A program made the translations under genes and the position numbers. A model generated the notes under the pieces. That model saw only the letters and a list, made by a program, of their open reading frames with translations, was not told where the DNA came from and did no database searches. A stretch of DNA of 64,000 nt from Candidatus Latescibacterota bacterium. GTDB taxonomy: Bacteria > Latescibacterota > UBA2968 > UBA8231. Positions 28,136 through 36,137 of the stretch are shown in pieces. Numbering within the stretch: the first letter of the stretch is position 1; every line of letters begins with the position of its first letter. Where the stretch lies: the NCBI GenBank assembly GCA_965248355.1, contig OZ252098.1:736001-800000 (forward strand). The letters run 5' to 3'.

Positions 28136-28147
28136 GGAGAGCATCAA

Positions 28148-28458
28148 GTGCTTGATCAGAACACCCTGGATGACATCATCCGGCGCATCGTGGAGGTCGC
28201 GCAGCCGGAGCGCATCGTCCTCTTCGGGTCCGCCACCGGGGCGTCATGACACGGAACAGCGATGTGGATCTTCTCATCATCAAGGAGGGGGGGGACGCGA
28301 ATCTCAGGACCCGGATCTACGAGAAGCTGTACGGCGTTCCCGTCGCGGTCGATGCGATCCTGGTTTCGCCGGCGGACGTAGAGCGCTACAAGGACAGCCA
28401 TGCGTTGGTCATCAAGCCGGCGCTGGAGGAGGGAAGGGTGGTCTATGAGTCCACCTGA
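28148..28458 (+). pseudogene. Minimal nucleotidyltransferase (MNT) antitoxin, frameshifted
   Basis: VLDQNTLDDIIRRIVEVAQPERIVLFGSA, frame break near 28236, then MTRNSDVDLLII...ALEEGRVVYE (the GS...DxD motif is split). Confidence 0.8.
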
Positions 28459-28585
28459 GCGGTTTCCGCGGGATGATCCGCGCTGTCCAGGCCTTGACCG
28501 GCCGGTGTCCGAAGAGGCGCACCAGGATGCGACAGAGATCGCTCAGGCTGTAATCCAGTGGGCGGAGGAGCGGCTGCCAAGATGA
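28445..28585 (+). pseudogene. HEPN toxin remnant with large in-frame internal deletion
   Basis: MSPPERFPRDDPR joined directly to CPGLDRPVSEEAHQDATEIAQAVIQWAEERL, i.e. the N- and C-termini of a HEPN protein. Confidence 0.65.
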
Positions 28586-29865
28586 TCACATTGGTCGAAG
28601 CCTTGAATTATCGATGCCTCCGGTACGTCTCGAGGCCGCTCGGTCCGTTCCACGTCCTCGTTGGGCCGAACGCTTCCGGCAAGACGACCTTTCTCGATGT
28701 CGTCGGCTTTTTTCGGGACCTGATGTCGGAAGGGCTGGATGAGGCGGTCTCGAGCCGGACCAGGAATCCGAAGGACCTCCTCTTCTTGCGTTTGGGCGAC
28801 AGGTTTGAGTTGGCCCTCGAGGCACGTATCCCCGATGAATTGCGTGAGCGGACGGCGAGACCGGAGCTGGACACGGCTCGGTATGAGGTCGCGGTCGGTT
28901 TCGACGAAACGCAGCGCCAGTTCGAGCTGAAGGCCGAGAAGTTCCTGCTCAAGGGAAGGCAGGAGGTGGAACTACCACCGCGCTCCCTGTTTCCCATGTC
29001 TTCCCGCCCACCCGATTCCCTGCTGCGGCCTGAGGGACTTGGGGATAGAATGGTCGTTTCCAATAGAGCACCGCATGAGGGACTGCAGAATGATATGGTG
29101 CTTTACGGGGAGACCGAGGATACCGAGGGGCAGGGTTTCAACCTCTGGTTCAAACTCGGAGCGAGGAACTCGGGGCTCGGCAATCTCCCGGAGGACACGA
29201 ACTCCTTTCCTGTTGGAGTGTGGTTCCGCGAACTACTGGGCACGGGTGTGCAGCAGTTCGTCCTCAACAGCTTGGCCATCAGAAAACCGAGCCCGCCGAT
29301 CCGGGTCACGGGGTTTTCCCCCGACGGATCGAATCTGCCCTGGGTCGTGGACCGTCTGAGGCAGGAGAATGGGGCCAGGTTCCAGGACTGGATGAACCAC
29401 CTGCGAACGGTGCTCCCGGATCTGGAGGAGATCTCGACGGTTGAACGCCCGGAGGACAGGCATTGCTACATGGTCTACGAGTACCATGGCGGGCTGAAAG
29501 TCCCTTCCTGGCTGGTATCCGACGGCACCCTCCGGCTGACAGCGCTGACCCTTCCCGCCTACCTGGAGGATCTCCAAGGGATCTTCCTGGTCGAGGAGCC
29601 CGAGAACGGGATCCATCCAGGCGCCGTAGCCGCCGTGCATGACTCCCTTTCCTCCATCTATGGTGCTCAGGTTCTGCTGGCGACTCATTCTCCGCTGCTA
29701 TTGAACGCCGCTGGATCGGGTGACGTGCTGTGCTTTGCCAAGGCTGACAGGGGAGCGACCGACATCGTGCTGGGTACCGAACATCCCATGCTCCAACAGT
29801 GGCGTGGAGACGTCAATCTCGGCACGCTGCTCGCGTCGGGGATTCTGGGGGGACTGAAGAAATGA
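28582..29865 (+). CDS. ABC-type (AAA_21) ATPase no. 3 (resembles MADS MAD3-type ATPases), no adjacent partner gene
   Basis: MITLVEALNYRCLRY, GPNASGKTT, VSDGTLRL, LVEEPENGIHP, ATHSP. Confidence 0.88.
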   Translation: MITLVEALNYRCLRYVSRPLGPFHVLVGPNASGKTTFLDVVGFFRDLMSEGLDEAVSSRTRNPKDLLFLRLGDRFELALEARIPDELRERTARPELDTARYEVAVGFDETQRQFELKAEKFLLKGRQEVELPPRSLFPMSSRPPDSLLRPEGLGDRMVVSNRAPHEGLQNDMVLYGETEDTEGQGFNLWFKLGARNSGLGNLPEDTNSFPVGVWFRELLGTGVQQFVLNSLAIRKPSPPIRVTGFSPDGSNLPWVVDRLRQENGARFQDWMNHLRTVLPDLEEISTVERPEDRHCYMVYEYHGGLKVPSWLVSDGTLRLTALTLPAYLEDLQGIFLVEEPENGIHPGAVAAVHDSLSSIYGAQVLLATHSPLLLNAAGSGDVLCFAKADRGATDIVLGTEHPMLQQWRGDVNLGTLLASGILGGLKK

Positions 29866-31184
29866 CCAAGATAGAGGGGTTTCGAGTAAGAAACTTTAAG
29901 CTGCTCAAGGATGTGACATTGGGCCGCTTGTGGAACCAGCGGGAGGAGCGGCCTCTCACTCCCATGACGGCGGTAATCGGCAGGAACGGAGTAGGGAAGA
30001 GTGTTCTCTTCGATGCATTCGGATTCCTCGCCGACGCCTTGAGACTCGGTGTCGAAGAGGCTTGCGACGCCCGCGGTCGCGGCGGCTTCGAGAAGCTGCG
30101 GACCCAGGGAGAGACGGGGCCTATCGAGTTCGAGGTGTACTATCGGGAACATGGCAACGCCCGGCCGATAACCTATGAGATCGCCATTGAAGCAGACGAG
30201 TCGGGGCGTCCCTGCGTGTCGCGGGAGCGTCTCAGGCAGAGAAGGAGAAACCAGAGCTATGGTCGACCGTTCTCGTTCCTGTGGCTGAATGACGGCCGGG
30301 GTGTGGCATGGAAGGGAGAGGAGGGGTACGAAGCGAAGGACATCCACATGAGGGGCTTGGTGGACGAAGCAATCGCGGAAGAGGATATCGAGAAGAAGCG
30401 ATCGAAGGTGGAAGAGCTGATAAGGCTGATCAGGGAGGAGGAGCCCAACGAGACCGAACAGATCGAGTTGGAGGACCCCCACAGGCTTGGCATTGCTACG
30501 GTTGGCGCCTTGAAGCAACATCCGAGAATCTCCGCATTCCGCCGCTTTATCGAAGGATGGTACCTGAGTTACTTCACTCCGGCCGCGGCTCGCAGCTTGC
30601 CCTTGGCCGGCCCTCAGAAGCATCTGAATATCCAGGGTGACAATCTCGGCAACGTCGTGCAATTCCTGGAGCGCGAACATCCGCAACGTTTCAAGGCCGT
30701 CCTGAAGGAGATTGCCGGAAGGATTCCGGGCATAAACGAAATCGACACGGAACCAACCAGTGACGGCAGGCTGCTCCTGCGGTTCAACGACAGGAGCTTT
30801 CAGGATCCCTTCTATGCCCAGGAAGTATCCGATGGAACGCTGAAAGTATTCGCCTACCTGCTGCTGCTCGAAGATCCGGATCCGGCCCCGTTTCTCTGCA
30901 TCGAGGAGCCGGAGAACGGCCTCTATCACAAGCTCCTGGAGACCTTGGCCAACGAATTCCGGGAACATGCGAGCGGAAGCAAAGGCTCGCAGGTCTTCGT
31001 TACGACCCACCAGCCGTATTTCGTGGACGCACTCTCCCCGGAGGAGGTCTGGATCCTGGAGAAGGGTGAGGATGGTTTTTCAAAGATTCGACGAGCCAGC
31101 GACGATCCAACTGTGAACAACATGGTCGAGGAAGGATTGCCGTTGGGCGGTCTTTGGTTCAGCGAGTACCTCGACGCGAGGTGA
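29862..31184 (+). CDS. ABC-type (AAA_21) ATPase no. 4
   Basis: GRNGVGKS, VSDGTLKV, CIEEPENGLYH, TTHQP; ATGA overlap with ATPase 3. Confidence 0.9.
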   Translation: MTKIEGFRVRNFKLLKDVTLGRLWNQREERPLTPMTAVIGRNGVGKSVLFDAFGFLADALRLGVEEACDARGRGGFEKLRTQGETGPIEFEVYYREHGNARPITYEIAIEADESGRPCVSRERLRQRRRNQSYGRPFSFLWLNDGRGVAWKGEEGYEAKDIHMRGLVDEAIAEEDIEKKRSKVEELIRLIREEEPNETEQIELEDPHRLGIATVGALKQHPRISAFRRFIEGWYLSYFTPAAARSLPLAGPQKHLNIQGDNLGNVVQFLEREHPQRFKAVLKEIAGRIPGINEIDTEPTSDGRLLLRFNDRSFQDPFYAQEVSDGTLKVFAYLLLLEDPDPAPFLCIEEPENGLYHKLLETLANEFREHASGSKGSQVFVTTHQPYFVDALSPEEVWILEKGEDGFSKIRRASDDPTVNNMVEEGLPLGGLWFSEYLDAR

Positions 31185-31189
31185 TCAGA

Positions 31190-31855
31190 GTGCACTTCGA
31201 GATCCTTGTCGAAGATATTTCGGGCAAGCGAGCGCTGGAGATCCTGGTTCCGAAGATCGTGGACGACCAGCACACCTTCCGGGTTCATGCGTACAGAGGA
31301 GTCGGGCGCATTCCAAGGGGGTTGACGCGTGGAACTGAGGCAAAGTGGCGCTTCCTGCTCGACCAGCTTCCGAGGTTGCTCGGGGGATATGGGAGGACAT
31401 TTGCCGGGTATCCCGCCAACTACCGCGCCGTGGTGATCGTGGTCTGCGACCTGGATGACAGGTGCCGGAGAGCCTTCCGTCGCGAGCTCCTGGAAGTCCT
31501 GGAGGACTGTAGCCCGAGACCGGAGACCCGCTTCTGCATCGCCATAGAAGAGGGGGAGGCCTGGCTGCTGGGCGACCTTCCCGCGATCAAGGCAGCCTAT
31601 CCGCAGGCCAGGGAGGACGTCCTCAAGCGTTACAGGAACGACTCGATTTGCGGAACCTGGGAATGTCTCGCGGACGCCGTCTTCAGGGGCGGATCGAGTG
31701 TGCTGAAAGGGAAGGGGTGGTGGGCAGTGGGCGGGCAAAAGTCAGCATGGGCGGAGAGAATCGTCCCGGAGATGGACGTCGAAAACAACGCGTCGCCCAG
31801 TTTTCGGTACTTCAAGGAGAAGATCATGGAGCTTGCCAAGGAGCGGACGACATGA
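31190..31855 (+). CDS. DUF4276-family TOPRIM-like partner protein no. 3
   Basis: HFEILVEDISG, VCDLDD, IEEGEAWLLGD, NASPSF; alternative GTG start at 31181 overlaps the ATPase 4 stop. Confidence 0.8.
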   Translation: MHFEILVEDISGKRALEILVPKIVDDQHTFRVHAYRGVGRIPRGLTRGTEAKWRFLLDQLPRLLGGYGRTFAGYPANYRAVVIVVCDLDDRCRRAFRRELLEVLEDCSPRPETRFCIAIEEGEAWLLGDLPAIKAAYPQAREDVLKRYRNDSICGTWECLADAVFRGGSSVLKGKGWWAVGGQKSAWAERIVPEMDVENNASPSFRYFKEKIMELAKERTT

Positions 31856-34800
31856 CAACCAAGACATCCCGGAAGCCCTGGCACGAGGTGGTGCAACTGC
31901 GCGACGACCTGAAGACGGGGGAGCTGTCCCTGGCTGTCTTCGCCGCTGACCTCTACGACGTGGTCATGCAGAGGGGGCAGCGGCCGGTGTACGAGCAGCC
32001 CGCCGAGTTCTTCGCCCTCACCTTTCCCACCCTGAACCTTCGGGAGCTGGTCAAGGATGTCTGCCACCGCCTCGCCGGCCGCAGCGACAAGGCGTACCGG
32101 AAGCTCTCCGTCAACTACGGCGGCGGCAAGACCCACACGCTCATCGCCCTCCGGCACCTGGTTCACGACCCGGCGGCCCTGCCCGCCCTGCCGGCGGTGC
32201 AGGAGTTCGAGGCCCACATCGGGTTCAAGCCGCCGAAGGCCCGCGTCGTGGCCCTCTGCTTCGACAAGATCGATCTGGAGAGGGGCGTCGAGACACCGGG
32301 GCCGGATGGCGAGGTCAGGATGCTCAAGCACCCGTGGAGCATCCTCGCCTTCCAGCTGGCGGGATCCGATGGCCTGCGGCTTATCCACGCCAGCGGCGAG
32401 GACGCTGAGCGCGACACCCCGCCGGCGGAGCCGCTGGTGGCTGAGCTGCTATCCAGGCCGCAGAGGGACGGTCTCTCGACGCTCGTGCTCCTCGACGAGG
32501 TACTGATGTATCTGCGGGTCCTGGCCGAGACCTCCGGGGAGTCACGGGGACGCTTGGTCAGCTTTTTCCAATACCTCACCCAGGCCGTGGTCAAGGTGGA
32601 CCGCTGCGCCATGGTGGCCTCGCTCCTCGCCTCCGACCCGAGGAGGGACGACGACCTCGGCACCGCGCTGCGCGACGTATCCGACATCTTCGGCCGCCAG
32701 ATGGAGGAGGACGCCAGCCCGGTGAGCAAGGAGGACGTGGCCGAGGTCCTGCGGCGCCGCTTCTTCACGCCCGAGTCGATTCGCGATCAGAGCGTCTTCC
32801 GCCCGCATGTGGCTTCGGCGGTGGGCAGTATCGCCGCCCTCGACGACCAGACCGGGAAGGAGCGGGCCATCGCCGAGGAGCGGTACCTGAACAGCTATCC
32901 CTTCCACCCGGATCTCACGGAGGTCTTCTACACCCGCTGGACCCAGCTCGACGGCTTCCAGCGCACCCGTGGCATCCTGCGCACCTTCGCCATCGCCTTG
33001 CGCGATGCCGCCGGATGGGACACCAGTCCGCTCGTGGGACCCAACGTCTTCCTGCGCGAGCCGGGAAAGGATGGCCTGGCCGAAGCGGCGTCCGAGCTCG
33101 CTTCCATTGCCAGCGTCGACACGGATACCGGCCGGCCCCAGGAGTGGCGGCCCATTCTGGAAGGAGAGCTGGAAAAGGCGCGTATGATCCAGGACGAGGC
33201 GGCCGGTCTGGCACACCGGGAAACGGAGCAGGCCGTGGTCTCGGTCTTCCTTAGTTCGCAGCCCATCGGCCAGAAGGCGCAGACCCGGGAGCTGATGGTG
33301 CTGCTCGGAGCAGGGCATCCGGACAGGATCGAGTTGGAGAAGGCCCTGCGCCGCTGGACGGAGCAGTCCTGGTTCCTGGACGAGGCGGAGATCGCCACCG
33401 GTGAAACCGGCTCGGAGGGGGAACTGCCGAGGGCGTGGCGGCTGGGCAACCGCCCCAACCTGCGCCAGATGCACCACGAGGCCTGCAGCAACCGGGTGCC
33501 GTCCACACTCGTGGAATCGCAGCTCATCGACGCCATCGACAAGGAGAAGGCCCTCACCTCGGGCGCCTCCGCGGCCGGCGCCAAGGTGCACAACCTGCCG
33601 GAGAGGCCGAGCGATATCGGCGACGACGGCGACTTCCACTACGCCGTTCTCGGGCCGCAGTCGGCCTCCGAGTCCGGGAAGCCGAGCGCTCTGGCCAAGC
33701 GCTTCATCGAGGAGAGGACCTCCCGGGACCATCCCCGGGTCTTCCGCAACGCCGTCGTACTGGCCGTTCCGGCCCGGGACGGTCTCGACGCGCTGCGCAC
33801 GCGTGTCCGGGAGTACCTCGGCTGGGTCGAGGTCCGCGAGCAGCTCAAGGATCAGCCCATCGATCCGCTCCGCGAGCAGATGCTCGCCACCGAGACGGAG
33901 GCCGCGAGGAGGCGCATCCCGGAGGCCGTGCGCCAGGCGTACTCCGTGGTCGTCACCGTCGACGAGAACAACATCGTTCACGCCTTCAAGGTCGTAGTCA
34001 CCGGAGAGCCTCTGTTCACGATCATCAAGGCGGACCAGCGGGCGCGTATCCAGGAGACCGCCGTCAGCTCGGAGGCGATGGTGCCGGGCGGCCCCTACGA
34101 CTTGTGGCGCGAGGGGGAAGATTCCCGCCGCGTCAAGGATCTGGTGGGCGCCTTCGCGCAGTTCCCGAAGCTGCCCAAGATGCTGCGGCCGAAAGAGGTT
34201 CTGGACACGGTCGTTCACGGAGTTCGGCAAGGGACCTGGGTTGCTCGGCTCGTGCGGCCGGATCGCACCGCCCGGACCTTCTGGCGCACGGAGGTGGACG
34301 AGACGGCCCTGCAGGACCCGGCCCTGGAGGTGCTGCTTCCCGAAGCGGCCGAGTTGAGTGGGATCGCCCCGGACCTCCTCGTGCACGAGAAGCTCCCCGG
34401 GCTGTGGCCGTCTGAGGAGATCGGTGTGCAGGACGTGTTCGACTACTTCGCGGGCGGACACACCGTGAGCCTGCCGCGGGAGGGGTATGAGGAGACTCTG
34501 CAAATCCCGAAATGCGACCCGGCCCACGTGGAGGCCGCCATCTCCCAGGCCGTCGAGCAGGGGTTGGTGTGGCTGACGAGCGGACCGGCCTCGATCCTCG
34601 ACGAGCCCGTGCCGGCGGGAGTCTTGAGCGGCGCGGGGAAACTCAGGCCGCCGCCGGAACGGATCGAGGTTGCCGAGTTGGCGGCCGACTCGATCCCCGA
34701 CGCCTGGAAGGACGGCAAGGCCAACGCCCTCGCCCTTGCCACCGCCCTCTCTGCCAAACGGGACGTCAGTCTGCCCTGGACAACGGTGCGGTCGGCCATC

Positions 34801-35166
34801 GGATCGGCCATCCGGGCGCGCTGGATCGCGCTGACCCCGGACAGCGCGGAATGGCCGTGTGACCTGGCCGGCGCCCAACATGTGATCTTCGAGGTCCCAG
34901 CCGGCGAGGCTCGGGACAAGGACGAACCCCTCTACAGGCCTGGAAGCGGGTCCCGAAGCGTGCCCAGCGCCGAAGCGGTCCTGGAAGCCGACCGGATCCA
35001 GGACCTGGCCGAGCAACTCCCGGAGCTGCTGAAGGCGGCCGTCGGCAACGATGTCAGGTTCACGGTCCGCATCGAAGTGGGGGGAGAGAGCGCGCCCAGC
35101 CCGGAGGCGGTGGCCAAGATCAACGATCTGCTTGCCGAGGTGTCCGAGGAGTTGCGGCTGGAGTAG
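31852..35166 (+). CDS. DUF499 AAA+ ATPase
   Basis: KPWHEVVQLRDD, FAADL, NYGGGKTHTL (Walker A), LLDEVLMY (Walker B), SYPFHP, FQRTRGILR. Confidence 0.92.
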   Translation: MTTKTSRKPWHEVVQLRDDLKTGELSLAVFAADLYDVVMQRGQRPVYEQPAEFFALTFPTLNLRELVKDVCHRLAGRSDKAYRKLSVNYGGGKTHTLIALRHLVHDPAALPALPAVQEFEAHIGFKPPKARVVALCFDKIDLERGVETPGPDGEVRMLKHPWSILAFQLAGSDGLRLIHASGEDAERDTPPAEPLVAELLSRPQRDGLSTLVLLDEVLMYLRVLAETSGESRGRLVSFFQYLTQAVVKVDRCAMVASLLASDPRRDDDLGTALRDVSDIFGRQMEEDASPVSKEDVAEVLRRRFFTPESIRDQSVFRPHVASAVGSIAALDDQTGKERAIAEERYLNSYPFHPDLTEVFYTRWTQLDGFQRTRGILRTFAIALRDAAGWDTSPLVGPNVFLREPGKDGLAEAASELASIASVDTDTGRPQEWRPILEGELEKARMIQDEAAGLAHRETEQAVVSVFLSSQPIGQKAQTRELMVLLGAGHPDRIELEKALRRWTEQSWFLDEAEIATGETGSEGELPRAWRLGNRPNLRQMHHEACSNRVPSTLVESQLIDAIDKEKALTSGASAAGAKVHNLPERPSDIGDDGDFHYAVLGPQSASESGKPSALAKRFIEERTSRDHPRVFRNAVVLAVPARDGLDALRTRVREYLGWVEVREQLKDQPIDPLREQMLATETEAARRRIPEAVRQAYSVVVTVDENNIVHAFKVVVTGEPLFTIIKADQRARIQETAVSSEAMVPGGPYDLWREGEDSRRVKDLVGAFAQFPKLPKMLRPKEVLDTVVHGVRQGTWVARLVRPDRTARTFWRTEVDETALQDPALEVLLPEAAELSGIAPDLLVHEKLPGLWPSEEIGVQDVFDYFAGGHTVSLPREGYEETLQIPKCDPAHVEAAISQAVEQGLVWLTSGPASILDEPVPAGVLSGAGKLRPPPERIEVAELAADSIPDAWKDGKANALALATALSAKRDVSLPWTTVRSAIGSAIRARWIALTPDSAEWPCDLAGAQHVIFEVPAGEARDKDEPLYRPGSGSRSVPSAEAVLEADRIQDLAEQLPELLKAAVGNDVRFTVRIEVGGESAPSPEAVAKINDLLAEVSEELRLE

Positions 35167-35277
35167 GCAGCCGGCGCGTCGCCACGCAGCCGGCTCGACC
35201 AGTGAGCCAACCGGCGGGTCACGGACGCCGGGATTGCCTCCCTCTCCGGGAGTCCACGCCCCAAGCAAGCCTCCCCC

Positions 35278-36135
35278 TCAGCCCTTCAGCGCCCCCACAG
35301 TGATCCCCTTCGTGAGGTATTGCTGCAGGAAGGCGTAGACCAGCATGGTCGGCGCCATGATCAGCACGAGGCCGGCGAAGGCCATGCCCCAGTCGCTGCG
35401 GTACTGGCTGACGATGGTGATGTTGGCCAGGCCCAGGGGCAGGGTGCGCAGCTCCTGCGAGCCCTCTCCCGAGAGGAACATGAAGGCCATGAAGAACTCG
35501 TTCCATGTTCCCAGGAAGGAGAAGATACCCACCGTGATCAGGCCCGGGCGGGCCAGGGGCAGCATGATCGACCAGAAGGCGCGGAACTCGCCGGCGCCGT
35601 CCATCAGGGCCGACTCGTGCAGGCTCGAGGGCAGGGACTTGAAGAAGCCGGTGAGGATGAAGATGGCGAAGGGCATGCCGAAGGCGACGTACACGATGAG
35701 CAGGCCCAGGCGCGAGTTGAGCAGGCCGAAGTCCTTCATCTGGAAGAACAGGGGCACGATGGAGAGCTGCAGCGGGATCATGAGTCCGGCGAGGAAGTAG
35801 AAGAACAGGGGGCGCACGCCGGGGAAGGTGAAGCGCGCCAGGGCGTAGGCGGCCATGGCGGCCAGCAGCATCGACGCGGCCACCGTGGTCACCGTGAGCA
35901 GGACGCTGTTGAGGAAGTAGTCGCCGAAGAACCCCTTGGTCCAGGCGTTGGTGAAGTTGATCCACTGCAGGTCGCCGAGGTCGGGCAGGCTGAAGGGATC
36001 GAGGAAGATCTCGCGGTCCGTCTTCAGCGAGGTGTAGAGCAGCCAGACCATGGGATAGACCACGATCGCCAGGTAGCCGAAGAGGGCGGAGTAGAGGAAG
36101 GGCTTGATCAGGGTGTTGGTACGCCGTTCGGCCAC
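35278..36135 (-). CDS. Carbohydrate ABC transporter permease (MalG-like)
   Basis: EAA loop LPSSLHESALMDGAGEFRAF, WNEF, QQYLTKGITVGALKG. Confidence 0.9.
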   Translation of the reverse strand: MAERRTNTLIKPFLYSALFGYLAIVVYPMVWLLYTSLKTDREIFLDPFSLPDLGDLQWINFTNAWTKGFFGDYFLNSVLLTVTTVAASMLLAAMAAYALARFTFPGVRPLFFYFLAGLMIPLQLSIVPLFFQMKDFGLLNSRLGLLIVYVAFGMPFAIFILTGFFKSLPSSLHESALMDGAGEFRAFWSIMLPLARPGLITVGIFSFLGTWNEFFMAFMFLSGEGSQELRTLPLGLANITIVSQYRSDWGMAFAGLVLIMAPTMLVYAFLQQYLTKGITVGALKG

Positions 36136-36137
36136 GG

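Noticed and set aside
21166..31855. Calling the ATPase modules Septu, Gabija, retron-associated or bona fide PARIS
   Set aside because: No HNH, UvrD or reverse transcriptase partner is present, and exact family membership cannot be fixed without HMM searches
17529..35166. Calling the locus BREX or DISARM
   Set aside because: No PglZ, BrxA/B/L or DrmA/B/C-like genes are recognisable
32542..35268. Long antisense and alternative-frame ORFs (e.g. 908 aa here, 900 aa at 12737-15439, 795 aa at 36285-38672)
   Set aside because: Shadow ORFs expected in high-GC DNA opposite well-supported genes; no recognisable motifs
35167..35277. Possible terminator or att site at the right end of the defence operon
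   Set aside because: Only a short GCAGCCGGC repeat; no clear stem with U-tract and no matching repeat at the left boundary
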